DNA of 64,000 bases from Acutalibacteraceae bacterium (GCA_045634065.1 JAZQZO010000030.1:3808-67807), one strand, 5' to 3'; positions 34,401-44,439 are shown, counted from the stretch's first letter. Notes: generated by a model from the letters alone, not told the origin. Made by a program: numbers and translations.

Positions 34401-35277
34401 CGATGCTTATACCAACCTTTTAGGTGAAGATGCAAAAGCAAACCTGCAGAATGCTATCAATGAGTCCGTTAAGACAGGTATTGACCCTGTAACATGGTCC
34501 TCAGAAGAATTAGCGAACCTTCTTGGTTTGACGAGTATGACAGAAGAAAGTGCAGTAGCAATCAGCGGTTTCTTATCGCAGATTGTTTCGACACTGGCTA
34601 CATCAGCTCAGACAGCTGTTACTCCTGAAACCTTTACAGGTATAACGAGTTCGATAAATACGAACCTCGGTAACAGTATTACAGCGGTTGATGTAACCGA
34701 TCCTGCGGCGACTATGAAATCAAATGCCGACTCTACCATTAAATCGGCTATGAGTACAGGTGTCACTGTCAGCTATCCGATTACAGTCAATCCGTATCTC
34801 ACACAAAAATCTTTCACCGTAAGCGGTGGCGGTACATCACAACAGGTCAACTTCTCAATCGGAAGCAACGCAAACGGTGGATACATCGGTTCAAAAACCC
34901 TCTCTTGGCTTGCTGAGGAAGGATACCCGGAAATGGTTATCCCATTCGCACCACACAGAAGAGGCAGAGCATTGTCCCTTTGGGAGCGTGCAGGTGAGCT
35001 TCTCGGTGTAGAGACACAGAGTAATGCTGTGGGCGGTATTGTCGGCGCAGACCTTAACGAGAACCCGTCAGGCAAGGTATCAGTAGACAAGGGCGGTTCA
35101 GGCTCAACGGAAGTGAAGATTGAAAACATCACCTTTGACATAAAGGCAGAGGGAAGCTCCGTTGACATTCTTGCCGCTATCAAGGCACAGGAGGAAGCGA
35201 TTGTATCGCTTGTATCAAAGAAGCTGTATGAAGCGGTGAAAACAGTAAGTGAAAATACACCAATGGCAAAGGGGTGA
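31402..35277 (+). CDS. Tail tape measure protein
   Basis: 1291 aa with Gly/Ala-rich TM-like stretches and long helical segments. Its position after the chaperone supports the call. Confidence 0.9.
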   Translation: MAKESVIIDVIAQFKDKTSSGVSKVKKSIRDIDNATTNLNKKKTTVKVGVKDDATPTLRKITSKTSAFAKKAWRGTLSVLDKASSTITNVSGKARSFAGKVWKSTLSVVDRFTSPLTKLHNMLFSINSLIATVATGLATKLVVAEPVQLADSITTSTIFFETKLGSKDAGNSMMSDIMEFAKTTPFDTQGVIDGVKSMMAYGIETENVMEYMEKIGNVTSAMGAGEAGIESITRALGQMKSAGRVNAQDMMQLTSVGVTAWDYLAKGMGKTVAEVRELSADGAIAADEAIKHIMNGLSEYDGMMDKMSNTTVSGLWSNIKDTFSQSIVLKWGQGLQSGAIDGLVEFRDWLERIDPLLQRAGTSLEDLGKGLSTKVFDILGGITDRFEGVITSDAFKNASLGGKIGILWDEVIWEPFSDWWEGTGKPKIAEKLNGFGEGLGSGISNALLSILGVDVEESLTEGVSIGQSFAEGFAEGFDGEAVGQALWDAIESVFKNAGKGLIDLIVPGDLGTTAGQKILGAGLGYFGLTGGAKLIQSGKALYTGAKNLWGTPGNYMFTGTGLSSKLASIGYKLHGTNAGMYFGGGAGLSGAGATALGAGSVAGGIAAGATLLSAGGDFYNAYQAHKYGDKTERNAYTASGIFKVGGVGAGAAAGAAIGSAVPVIGTAAGALIGAGIGGIVGWLGGNKSADDIRAAKFESEELADTLADSKASSEEISKAFQKAVDTHLNDHFGDIELSLKEIDALANNIVFGDNLASFEGFASAAEAAEASFRNLQASTDELNKWNWRASIGVKFSDDDMSSFKASVDSFIANAEQFIEDEHYEFTAAVSLLIDPKSEEGKSIIGNADSFYSALQEEASKLGTQLKDAVSGALKDGIITLDEQAEIQSLQEQIASITNKLAEAQTEAEFETIKIKFGSGNLTDESFTELQTELQSTVESANLELDSALTTSIASIKLQLSEGAITQEEYDSELNALISGYQTQIDSINAQVADVQLEILGDAYTNLLGEDAKANLQNAINESVKTGIDPVTWSSEELANLLGLTSMTEESAVAISGFLSQIVSTLATSAQTAVTPETFTGITSSINTNLGNSITAVDVTDPAATMKSNADSTIKSAMSTGVTVSYPITVNPYLTQKSFTVSGGGTSQQVNFSIGSNANGGYIGSKTLSWLAEEGYPEMVIPFAPHRRGRALSLWERAGELLGVETQSNAVGGIVGADLNENPSGKVSVDKGGSGSTEVKIENITFDIKAEGSSVDILAAIKAQEEAIVSLVSKKLYEAVKTVSENTPMAKG

Positions 35278-35281
35278 TTGA

Positions 35282-35959
35282 ATGGCATACGATATTTTTC
35301 TAACAGACCTTGAGTCAAAGAAAAAATTCCAATTCCCCTCTTTACCTCAAGAAATCACCGTAGCAATGGAAACCTCTTATGCTACATACCATATCCTCGA
35401 CTATGGTGAAATTAAAATCCCGAACGGTAATGCACCTGACGAGGTAAAGTGGGAAGGTGTATTCTACGGCAAAGCACGAAAGGATGAAGCTTGGCTCATC
35501 CGAAAGTGGGTAGCACCTGACACAGCTTTCAGCACCTTAAAAAAGTGGAAAGAAAAGCACACTCCGCTGAAATTGGTAGTTGCAGGTACTCCTATCAATA
35601 TAGACGTGACGATTGCCAAGTTCGAGGACACTTTCAGCGGTGGCTTCGGCGATATTTCCTATTCTATTGCTTTTGCTCCTTACAGTGATGAATCTGTTAC
35701 CGTGACAAAGTCATCGAGTGGCAGTAGTAGCAGTTCCAAAGAGACAAAGAGAACCACTGTAAAGAGCAAAACATACACCGTTAAATCAGGCGATACACTG
35801 TGGGATATTGCTGAGGACCACTACGGTGATGGGAAAAAGCACACGGCTATCTACAATGCAAACAAAAGCATTATCGAATCAACAGCAAAAAAACACAATA
35901 AAAAGAGTTCAGAGAATGGCAAGTGGATTTATCCCCCTACAGTCCTGACCTTGCCGTAA
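35282..35959 (+). CDS. LysM-domain tail protein (XkdP-like)
   Basis: C-terminal LysM: YTVKSGDTLWDIAEDHYGDGKKHTAIYNANK. Confidence 0.8.
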   Translation: MAYDIFLTDLESKKKFQFPSLPQEITVAMETSYATYHILDYGEIKIPNGNAPDEVKWEGVFYGKARKDEAWLIRKWVAPDTAFSTLKKWKEKHTPLKLVVAGTPINIDVTIAKFEDTFSGGFGDISYSIAFAPYSDESVTVTKSSSGSSSSSKETKRTTVKSKTYTVKSGDTLWDIAEDHYGDGKKHTAIYNANKSIIESTAKKHNKKSSENGKWIYPPTVLTLP

Positions 35960-35972
35960 AAGGGGTGATTAT

Positions 35973-36974
35973 ATGAAAGCTACATCTAATTATCCCATAT
36001 ATACCGTCAAAGCCGTTGCAGCAGACGGCACAAAGTACACCTTGAGCAATGCTCTCACCGATTTAACCCTTGATGAGCCGGAAAGAGCATTAGCTCACAG
36101 CGTGTCGATGTCGCTCCGTAATGTAAAGGTGGGCAGTGGACATCTCAGCGGATGTATCACTGATGATATGCGTATTTATGTGACCGCCAATGACGGCACG
36201 AAAAATGAAGAGGTCTTTCGTGGCTTTGTTTGGAATTACAACTACGAAAGCTCCACCGAAAAAGAAATAAGAGTGAAAGCATACGACAATTTGATATACC
36301 TGCAGCAGAGCAAGGATTGTCTGTATTTTTCAGCCGGAAAGTACAGCGATGCCATTATCAAGAGTGTCTGCAGTAAATGGGGCATCAAACTTTCGTATAC
36401 TTTCAGTAAAATCAAACACTCGAAGCTGCCTTTCAACAACAAGTACATATCGGACATCATTATTGAGGTCCTGGAAGCGGTCAGAAAGCAAACGGGAGCG
36501 AAGTATGTAATCCGAAGTGTGAAAGACACGCTTCAAATCAATCCCGTAGGTTCTAACAAAGAAATCTATACCTTTAAAGCAAAGAAGAGCGCCATTTTGA
36601 CAAAGAGCGGTTTTTCAAAGGATAGCTTGGTAACAAAGGTCGTAATCTACGGTAACGAAGACAAGAACGACCGCAGAGCTGTCGTTGCAACCGTAAACGG
36701 CTCAAATTTGAGCAAATACGGCACCTTACAGGACGTTGTCACAATGTCGAGTAATACAACCCTCGCAGATGCAAAAAAGGAAGCAAACGAGATTTTGAAA
36801 GAAAAAGGAAAGCCTGAGAGAGAGTATGCTCTTGAAGCTCCCGATGTTCCCTGGGTTCACAAGGGTGACCTTATCAAAATATCAGCAGGTGACCTTTCAG
36901 GCAACTACATTGTAAAAGGTGCTACACACGATGCCCTAAAGAAAACAATGTCATTAGAGGTAGAGAAGAAATGA
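35973..36974 (+). CDS. XkdQ-like baseplate hub/late-control-D-like protein
   Basis: 333 aa. Called by position in a PBSX-like order. Confidence 0.65.
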   Translation: MKATSNYPIYTVKAVAADGTKYTLSNALTDLTLDEPERALAHSVSMSLRNVKVGSGHLSGCITDDMRIYVTANDGTKNEEVFRGFVWNYNYESSTEKEIRVKAYDNLIYLQQSKDCLYFSAGKYSDAIIKSVCSKWGIKLSYTFSKIKHSKLPFNNKYISDIIIEVLEAVRKQTGAKYVIRSVKDTLQINPVGSNKEIYTFKAKKSAILTKSGFSKDSLVTKVVIYGNEDKNDRRAVVATVNGSNLSKYGTLQDVVTMSSNTTLADAKKEANEILKEKGKPEREYALEAPDVPWVHKGDLIKISAGDLSGNYIVKGATHDALKKTMSLEVEKK

Positions 36975-37327
36975 AAGACGACTATATGAGAAAAACGGCT
37001 GACCTTCTTCGTAAGGATATGCACAAGGTCAACGAGTACCATTCAAGTGTCCCGTTTGTTTTCGGTGAGATTACAAGCGGGCAGGAGCTGAAAATGGACC
37101 ATGTTGACTACCCCATTCCAAAGAGTGACTACCTCACATTCCGTCCTTACAAAGAGATTACGCTTAAGAATATCAGTGCAACCGGATTAACCGAAGAAGA
37201 ACAAAACGTTTTTAATGCTCTTTTGAATAAATGTACCATAAAAGCCAACGCAGACCTTGCCAACGGTGACCGTGTACTTGTAGCTATCTACAACAACGAA
37301 CCCGTTGTATTAGGCTTTCTTACATAG
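36971..37327 (+). CDS. XkdR-like small baseplate protein
   Basis: 118 aa with overlapping stop/start. Called by position. Confidence 0.55.
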   Translation: MKDDYMRKTADLLRKDMHKVNEYHSSVPFVFGEITSGQELKMDHVDYPIPKSDYLTFRPYKEITLKNISATGLTEEEQNVFNALLNKCTIKANADLANGDRVLVAIYNNEPVVLGFLT

Positions 37328-37339
37328 GAGGTGGAATAA

Positions 37340-37795
37340 ATGCCTAATCTTTTTCCTGAAGGTTACGATGAATTAGAGGTGGAAGAAGAAACCGAAGAAG
37401 TGACCGGGTACAGAAAAAGCATCTATTTCGACTTTGAAAAAGGCGATTTCCTGAGAACAGGTGCAAACCGCCTCATAGAAAGCACCGGGTCCGATGCGTG
37501 GATACATTGGTGCATCAAGTGCCTTCACACTCAAAGATTTGCCTACCGTGCTTATTCTACCGACTACGGTATAGACTATGAGACGATTTTCAGCTATACG
37601 ACACGAGAGGAAGCGGAAAACGAACTCACACGAGAAATAACAGAAGCATTAGAAGCCGATCCATACCAAAGGTTAGACCATATTGAGAGTATGACCTTTG
37701 AGTGGATTGACGACACATCACTTGAGGTCGAGTTAATGCTTGTCGGTATAGACGGTAACACGGCACACATTCGCACTACTCTCTCAGCAGCATAG
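37340..37795 (+). CDS. XkdS-like (gp25-like) baseplate protein
   Basis: 151 aa. It lies directly upstream of the baseplate J gene. Confidence 0.6.
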   Translation: MPNLFPEGYDELEVEEETEEVTGYRKSIYFDFEKGDFLRTGANRLIESTGSDAWIHWCIKCLHTQRFAYRAYSTDYGIDYETIFSYTTREEAENELTREITEALEADPYQRLDHIESMTFEWIDDTSLEVELMLVGIDGNTAHIRTTLSAA

Positions 37796-37810
37796 AAATG
37801 AGGTGACATA

Positions 37811-38953
37811 ATGGCAGAATTCCCTATTCCGAGCTTTATAGAAGAAGCGACGACCGAAAACATACACCAAAAGATATTAAGCTATATGCCTGATGACATA
37901 GACAAGTCCGAGGGTTCCTTTGTGTGGGACATTGTAAGCCGTCCTGCCGCAAGAATGTTTGCATATCTGATGCAATACGCCCTTATCGAAGGTGTTAAAA
38001 TCGCCTTTCCGAGATATTCCTACGGTACATATCTTGATGAGCTTGCCAAGAGCAACAGCTTACAGCGAAAAGAAGCTACACACGCAACAGGTAAAATCAC
38101 TGTAACAGGTACAGCAGGTGTATCTATTCCTGTCGGCTCTGTTTTCTCAACAGAAAGCAAAAGCGATACAGAGTCCATCGACTTTGAAACCACAGAAAAA
38201 GCAGTTATCGGTGAAAACGGAACGGTTGATATAGCTATTCAATGTACAGAAGCCGGTATAAACGGCAACGTGTCAGTAGGCACTATCATTATGAAGTCCT
38301 CTGATTTACCCGATGGCATCACCGCTGTTACAAATGCAGAACCTACCAAAGGCGGTACAGACGAAGAAGACGATGAAAGCATTAAGGAACGTATTGAAAA
38401 CGTTGAACAATCTAAGTCGGTGTCTTATGTTGGCTCTGTTTCCGATTACAAGCGTTGGGCCGAAAGCGTTGACGGTGTAGGCAAGGCAATTGTCATTCCT
38501 GCACAGGACAACAGCGGAATGGTGACCATTGTCTTGACCGATGCCAACGGTGACCCTGCATCTGATGTGCTTTGTCAGGCTGTTTATGATGAGATTATCG
38601 GCGTAAAGGAAGACGAATCCGACCGAATGACGAATATCAACGGCAACCTGCTTACTGTAAAAGCTCCTAAAACGGTCAATGTTTACGTTTCTGCAACGGT
38701 TTATCTTGATAATACCGTAAGTCTCAGCGAAATTAAAACCGCCTATTTGACGGCATTAAACAAATATCTGACAACCATCAACAGTACGGGCAAGGTCAAA
38801 TACTCAGACATTTGCTCACTTCTGCATTCGATGAACGGTGTGGAAGACTATTCCGATGTCACTCTTAACGAAGGCACCGTGAACATCACTCTTGAAAAAG
38901 ATGAAATCGCTGTAGCAACCGCTGATACTATCACTTTAGTGAAAGGCGGTTGA
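37811..38953 (+). CDS. Baseplate J-like protein (XkdT-like)
   Basis: 380 aa. ...SEGSFVWDI...PAA... N-terminal pattern and ...GGTDEEDDESIKERI... segment. Confidence 0.8.
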   Translation: MAEFPIPSFIEEATTENIHQKILSYMPDDIDKSEGSFVWDIVSRPAARMFAYLMQYALIEGVKIAFPRYSYGTYLDELAKSNSLQRKEATHATGKITVTGTAGVSIPVGSVFSTESKSDTESIDFETTEKAVIGENGTVDIAIQCTEAGINGNVSVGTIIMKSSDLPDGITAVTNAEPTKGGTDEEDDESIKERIENVEQSKSVSYVGSVSDYKRWAESVDGVGKAIVIPAQDNSGMVTIVLTDANGDPASDVLCQAVYDEIIGVKEDESDRMTNINGNLLTVKAPKTVNVYVSATVYLDNTVSLSEIKTAYLTALNKYLTTINSTGKVKYSDICSLLHSMNGVEDYSDVTLNEGTVNITLEKDEIAVATADTITLVKGG

Positions 38954-38956
38954 TGT

Positions 38957-39544
38957 ATGGAGTATGAAATTTTCAACAAGACGGAAATGGCAGAGGAAAT
39001 CCTCACAAGTAACACAGCAAAAGCCTTGTATAATATGGTCAGTCCGATATACGGCAATAGCTATGTTGCTTTATGGTGCTTTCAGGCTATCGGAAAAGTT
39101 TTTGATGAATACAGACCGTATTTTGAAGAGGTGGCAGCACAGCTTAACCCTGAAACTGCTACGTGGCTTTTGCCTGTTTGGGAAGAACGCTACGGCATTG
39201 TCCCCGGAGAAGATTGGACTTTGGAGCAAAGACGGGAAGCGGTAATCAGCAGACGAAAGTTCAATGCTCCGATTACTCCGATAAAACTGAGCGACTTGGT
39301 ATCCGCTATAGTCGGTGTTCCTGTTGAAATCTTTGAAAACACAGGACCAAATCAGTTCACGGTGTATATTCGCCGTAATGTAACGGTTGATGATTACGCC
39401 AACGCTCTACAGTTCGTAGACTCAACAAAAGCGGCTCACTTGATTTATCTTCTTGAAATAGCCGCTGAAAATGCTACTACGCTTACAAATTATGTGGCGT
39501 GTAGTGTATCACAAAGCAAAACACGTTATGTGGAGGTGTCTTAA
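38957..39544 (+). CDS. XkdU-like tail protein
   Basis: 195 aa. ...WEERYGI...R...V..R... pattern, after the baseplate J gene. Confidence 0.6.
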   Translation: MEYEIFNKTEMAEEILTSNTAKALYNMVSPIYGNSYVALWCFQAIGKVFDEYRPYFEEVAAQLNPETATWLLPVWEERYGIVPGEDWTLEQRREAVISRRKFNAPITPIKLSDLVSAIVGVPVEIFENTGPNQFTVYIRRNVTVDDYANALQFVDSTKAAHLIYLLEIAAENATTLTNYVACSVSQSKTRYVEVS

Positions 39545-42031
39545 ATGGGTTGGATTTCAACCGTCACCAATAAGGGTTATGCCCTTCAAGCAAAGCTACT
39601 CTCGACCGATAAGCTCGAAATAACAAGAGTTGTCTCAGGTTCAGGCTCCTGTGCGACAACACAGCTTATCAATCAGACAGCCGTCACAGATATTAAGCAG
39701 GAGCTTATTGTAGACAGTTTAGGCTACGATAATCACGGAAATGCTCGAATCAAAGTGACGTTAAACAACACAAACTTATCTACAGGTTACAATCTTAGTC
39801 AGGTTGGTATATATGCAACCGATCCTGACGAAGGAGAAATCCTCTACGCTATTCTGCAAACAGATAAACCGGAACCCATCCCCTCAATCACAGAACAGCC
39901 AAGAGGCTTCGACTATTCGTGGGATTTTGCTCTTACATACAGTAATGCTCAGAATGTCAACGTTACGATTGACCCCTCAAATGCCCTCTCACAAGACAAG
40001 GCAGACAAGAGATATGTTCAGCTTGTCAAAATCGGTGAAGGTCTTGAATTGGACGAAAACGGCAACCTCAGGGCAAAAGCACAGGAAATCACAGTTGATG
40101 CCGAGTTGAATAGTGAAAGCACCAATCCCATACAAAATAAGGCTGTTTATGAGGCTATTAAGGAAAACAAATACTCATTACCTAAAGCGAGCGCATCAAC
40201 GCTCGGTGGTGTAAAAGTCGGTAGCGGTCTCACAGTTGATGCCGATGGTACATTATCGGCAACAGGTACAGATGTAACAATTGACAGTGCTTTAAGTTCA
40301 TCAAGCACCAATCCCGTGCAGAACAAGGTTGTCAATTCTGCCCTTAACGACAAGGTTGACAAGGAAGACGGTAAAGTACTTTCGTCTAACGACTACACTG
40401 CAGCCGAAAAAGAGAAGCTCGCAGGTATTGCGGAAGGTGCAAACAAGTACACTCACCCTGCCTACACCGCAAAAGAATCAGGTCTTTATAAAGTAACAGT
40501 AGACAGCACAGGTCACGTTAGCGGTATTACACCTGTCACTAAGTCCGATATTACTGACTTAGGTATTCCGTCAAGCGACACAAAGTACACTCATCCCACG
40601 AACACAGCATATTCGGCAGGATTATATAAAGTAACCGTTGATAAAAACGGACACGTTGTTTCTGCTACAGCGGTTACAAAAGACGACATCACAGCTTTGG
40701 GTATAGAAGCTAAGAATGACAGAAACACGGCAGGTTGTTCCGATACAAGCAAAAAAATATTCTTAGTCGGTGCAACAGCTCAGGCTTCATCAGAGATTTT
40801 TGGTTATCAAACCTACTCCCACGACACTGTTTATGTCGGAACAGACGGGTGTTTGTACTCAGACAGTAAAAAGGTCAGCGTAGAGGGTCATACACACACC
40901 GAATATGCTGATAAATCTCATACTCACTCTGAATATGCTGATAAATCTCATACTCACGACTTTGACTCTCTTGGTGTTAGTTCCATTAGCCTTGACGGGT
41001 TAATTAACGTTGATAACTACAATACGGTAAGAGAACCAACAACCGATGAAAAGAATAACCTTAACGGTCTGAAAGCGGCTGTTCTGCTTGGCTGTAAAAA
41101 TAAGTGCCTGAAAACCACCGGCACTAACGAGGGAGCTTGTTTGGCGGTAGGGTTCGAAAATGAAGTATATAGTAAAGCCGTTGCTCTTGGTTCCAACCTC
41201 AAGGCGTGGGAAAACCAAACGGTAGTAGGCAAGTACAACAATTATTCGGGTGACGGCAGTGACTATTTTATAGTCGGCGGTGGCTCAAGCAGTGCAACGA
41301 AAAACATTTTCCGTGTATCGTCTGATACACAAAAATGTTACGGTGTTAACTCTTTCGTAAGTTCAGGTGCCGACTATGCCGAGTATATGGAATGGGAAGA
41401 CGGCAACCCCAACAACGAAGACAGACGAGGCAGAATGGTAGCATATGCTCTGACCGATGTTGAATGTACGGTTGAAGATGTTGAAATCTTGCACCCTGAC
41501 ACTCACGAGCCTATTACTGTCAAGGCTGTTGTTTATGAAAAAATGCCAACAATCCGTTATGCAAACTCAGTTGATGAATGTATAGGCGTTGTTTCAGGCT
41601 CGGCATCATTCATCGGTAACTCCGCTTCTGAAGATTGGAACAGCAGATTTCTCAAAGATATCTACGGTGAGAGCATCAAACAAGCCGTTCTTATCCCTGA
41701 AAAAACAGAGACATACAAAGTCAAAGAAATAGATGAAAAAACAGGCAAAGAGGTAATTGTTGAAAAGGAACACGTTACCCCTGAGCATTGGGAGATACAT
41801 CCCGTCCTCAATCCCCACTATGACCCTGAAAAGGAATATATCAGCCGTGAACACAGACAGGAATGGGACCCTGTCGGTATGGTTGGTATGGTTGTAGTTG
41901 AAGATGACGGAACCTGCGTTGTAGGCGGTTATTGTAAGCCGTCAACCAACGGTAGAGGCACTGCTGCAGAAACAGGCTACAGAGTGCTTCAGAGAATCGA
42001 TAACACGCACGTCAGAGTGCTTGTTAAATAA
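39545..42031 (+). CDS. Tail fibre protein 1
   Basis: 828 aa. Repeats STNPIQNKAVYEAI / STNPVQNKVVNSAL and YTHP...GLYKVTVD..GHV (x2), plus HTH(T/S)EYADKSHTH. Confidence 0.8.
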   Translation: MGWISTVTNKGYALQAKLLSTDKLEITRVVSGSGSCATTQLINQTAVTDIKQELIVDSLGYDNHGNARIKVTLNNTNLSTGYNLSQVGIYATDPDEGEILYAILQTDKPEPIPSITEQPRGFDYSWDFALTYSNAQNVNVTIDPSNALSQDKADKRYVQLVKIGEGLELDENGNLRAKAQEITVDAELNSESTNPIQNKAVYEAIKENKYSLPKASASTLGGVKVGSGLTVDADGTLSATGTDVTIDSALSSSSTNPVQNKVVNSALNDKVDKEDGKVLSSNDYTAAEKEKLAGIAEGANKYTHPAYTAKESGLYKVTVDSTGHVSGITPVTKSDITDLGIPSSDTKYTHPTNTAYSAGLYKVTVDKNGHVVSATAVTKDDITALGIEAKNDRNTAGCSDTSKKIFLVGATAQASSEIFGYQTYSHDTVYVGTDGCLYSDSKKVSVEGHTHTEYADKSHTHSEYADKSHTHDFDSLGVSSISLDGLINVDNYNTVREPTTDEKNNLNGLKAAVLLGCKNKCLKTTGTNEGACLAVGFENEVYSKAVALGSNLKAWENQTVVGKYNNYSGDGSDYFIVGGGSSSATKNIFRVSSDTQKCYGVNSFVSSGADYAEYMEWEDGNPNNEDRRGRMVAYALTDVECTVEDVEILHPDTHEPITVKAVVYEKMPTIRYANSVDECIGVVSGSASFIGNSASEDWNSRFLKDIYGESIKQAVLIPEKTETYKVKEIDEKTGKEVIVEKEHVTPEHWEIHPVLNPHYDPEKEYISREHRQEWDPVGMVGMVVVEDDGTCVVGGYCKPSTNGRGTAAETGYRVLQRIDNTHVRVLVK
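40901..40957 (+). repeat. Perfect 27-bp duplication (30-bp period) inside fibre gene 1
   Basis: GAATATGCTGATAAATCTCATACTCAC at 40901-40927 and 40931-40957. It encodes EYADKSHTH twice. Confidence 0.9.
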
Positions 42032-42115
42032 TTTTTAAGGAGTGTTCGATATGAAACACATCACACAGTCATTTGTCGAAAGACAGAATCCCCCCACAGA
42101 AAGGAGTGTTGACTA

Positions 42116-43429
42116 ATGTTTTACTTCGCTTATGTCAATGAAAACAACATTTGTCAGGATGTTTACGCAATGCCCTCCGACTTGTCGAGTATTCCCGGCT
42201 ACATCACAATCACCGAGGAACAGTACACATCACGTTCAGTTGTAGGTCAGGTTTACGATCCTGAGACACAGACCTGGTCAGCTGTACCTGAATGGTCTTG
42301 CAATGCTACTGAAGTTCAGTATAACGGTGCAGAGAGCGTAAAGAACAAGCTCGATGCAATCGACGAAGCTCTCGCAGGCAAGGTTGATGCATCAGCTCTT
42401 GAAGGCAAGGCTAACACATCAGACCTTCACAACCACGACAACAAAGCAGTTCTTGACGGCATCACAGCAGAAAAGGTAGCTCTTTGGGATGCAGGTACAT
42501 CAAGTGGCGGCACTACTGTTGTAAGTATGACACCCGCTGAAATTCTCGAAAAACTCGCTACTGTTGACGGTCAGAACAGCGGTCTTGATGCTGACCTTCT
42601 TGACGGTCACAATTCAGACTATTTTGCAACTGCTGAACAGCTTTCAGGCAAGGCAGATTCAGAACATTCCCACACAGGTTATGCTCCCGAAGTTCATACT
42701 CACGAAGGCTACGCAACAGCAGAACACACCCACGAAGGTTATGCTGCAGAAGGTCACACTCATACAGGCTATGCAAGTGTAACTGACCTTGTAGGTAAGG
42801 CTGATGCTAACCACTCTCACAATGATTACATCACAGCTTTAACCTATGCAAACGGTATGAGTGGTAAGGCTGATACAGGTCATACTCACACACCTGCAAG
42901 CATTGGTGCTGCACCTTCAAACCATTCTCACGACGGTTATGCTGCATCAGGTCACTCACACAGTGAATATCTCCCCACAAGCGGTGGTACTGTAAGCGGT
43001 AATCTTAATGTCTCAGGCATTCTCCGTGTTAACGGTCAGCAGGCTGTTTTTGACAGTGGCTCAATGGTCACTCTTTCAACAAACAACCGTGAAACTATGA
43101 TTGCAGGCTCAAAAATCTATTCAAAGACTACTATCTCTGTTTCTTCTGACCGCAGATTGAAGGAAAACATCCATGATGTTGATGTCAACAAAATGGCTGA
43201 ATTCATCAAGAAAATTGATGTTAAGACATTTAACTACATCGACAAAGCTGATGAATGCATCGGTGTTATTGCACAGGAAGTACAGGAAGCAGACCCCGAG
43301 GTTGCAAAATACCTCGTATCAGAAGCTGAAGACGGTTTCTTAACTGTAAAGGTTGCTGACCTTGTATTCCCCCTCATTGCAGCTGTTCAGAAACTTGCAG
43401 CAGAAGTGGAAGTGCTTAAGAACAAATAA
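42116..43429 (+). CDS. Tail fibre protein 2 with an HxH repeat shaft and a C-terminal S74-type intramolecular chaperone domain
   Basis: About 9 HxH motifs (HSHTGYAPEVHTHEGYATAEHTHEGYAAEGHTHTGY...). The C-terminus is SDRRLKENI...GVIAQEVQE...LIAAVQKL. Confidence 0.8.
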   Translation: MFYFAYVNENNICQDVYAMPSDLSSIPGYITITEEQYTSRSVVGQVYDPETQTWSAVPEWSCNATEVQYNGAESVKNKLDAIDEALAGKVDASALEGKANTSDLHNHDNKAVLDGITAEKVALWDAGTSSGGTTVVSMTPAEILEKLATVDGQNSGLDADLLDGHNSDYFATAEQLSGKADSEHSHTGYAPEVHTHEGYATAEHTHEGYAAEGHTHTGYASVTDLVGKADANHSHNDYITALTYANGMSGKADTGHTHTPASIGAAPSNHSHDGYAASGHSHSEYLPTSGGTVSGNLNVSGILRVNGQQAVFDSGSMVTLSTNNRETMIAGSKIYSKTTISVSSDRRLKENIHDVDVNKMAEFIKKIDVKTFNYIDKADECIGVIAQEVQEADPEVAKYLVSEAEDGFLTVKVADLVFPLIAAVQKLAAEVEVLKNK

Positions 43430-43453
43430 ACGAAAAAAGGAGTGAATCGGCGT

Positions 43454-43969
43454 ATGGATTTTTATATTAAAAATAAAATCATTACCCTCGACAAAAACAC
43501 CTTGCCTGACGAAAAGACACTCGTAGGCGACAATACCGGCTACATAGCCCGCTTCAAATTCGACTCAGAATGGGAAGGCTTAGTGAAGACGGCGAGGTTC
43601 ATCGGCAGGGGCGGACAATACGCCGATGAGGTCCTTACAAAAGACGATTCCTGCGAATTCCCGCTTGCTATCCTTAAAAGCGGATTGGTTGAGGTCGGTG
43701 TGTTCGCAGGAAACCTCAAGGCATCGATGGGAACGAAATTACGCATCAATCCCTCTATACTTGAAAAACTCGGTCTTCCCGCCGATCCACCGCCCGACGT
43801 TTACACACAGCTTACGGAGATGATTAAAGAAATCAGAGATACAGCTGTGAGTGACGAGGAAGTTCAAGAGGCAGTTAACAAGTACCTCGAAGAAAACCCG
43901 GTGGAAGTACCGACATCGACCGTCAAGATGTGGTCGGAAGAGGATTTTACGGAAGGTGAGGAAGTATGA
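43454..43969 (+). CDS. Hypothetical tail-fibre-region protein
   Basis: ORF 43442..43969. ATG 43454 follows AAAGGAGTGAATCGGCGT. Confidence 0.5.
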   Translation: MDFYIKNKIITLDKNTLPDEKTLVGDNTGYIARFKFDSEWEGLVKTARFIGRGGQYADEVLTKDDSCEFPLAILKSGLVEVGVFAGNLKASMGTKLRINPSILEKLGLPADPPPDVYTQLTEMIKEIRDTAVSDEEVQEAVNKYLEENPVEVPTSTVKMWSEEDFTEGEEV

Positions 43970-44439
43970 GCTACTTAGTTAATGGCATTGAAGCAAAAAA
44001 AGTCGGTGTGTTGCTTGAACCAAGCACGTATGACACCGACACTTCCCCCGTTGATGTTCAACACGGAGCAGTTTACTATGCTCACGGTGAAAGACGTGTA
44101 GGCACAGGTAAATGCTTTGAGTGCGCCGGATATGGTTCAGGCAAAATTCAGCTACTCCAAGATGGGGACGGGAATAAAAAGTACGGCCTTTCGATTGCAT
44201 CTAAAGGCAAACCTAATCTTATTTTTCTCTCCTCTACTGGTACAGGAGATATTATTTTACAAACAAACCACGTCGTAGACCTTGCAAGTGATATGCCGGC
44301 TGTAATAGGCACGAATTATTCTGCTTCAGGAAAGGTCACGGCTACTCATAAAAATGGTCGTCTGAATATTTATTTAGAGAACACCGAAAGTCAATCAACA
44401 AGATTGAGATATTTTTTTGGAAAGGACAATGAAATATGA
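43966..44439 (+). CDS. Hypothetical tail-fibre-region protein
   Basis: 157-aa ORF with ATGA overlap. Confidence 0.5.
   Translation: MSYLVNGIEAKKVGVLLEPSTYDTDTSPVDVQHGAVYYAHGERRVGTGKCFECAGYGSGKIQLLQDGDGNKKYGLSIASKGKPNLIFLSSTGTGDIILQTNHVVDLASDMPAVIGTNYSASGKVTATHKNGRLNIYLENTESQSTRLRYFFGKDNEI

Noticed and set aside
42558-42782. Mirror-image 72-aa ORFs on both strands inside fibre gene 2.
   Set aside because: They are an artefact of the repetitive HxH-encoding DNA. The fibre frame is clearly the coding one.
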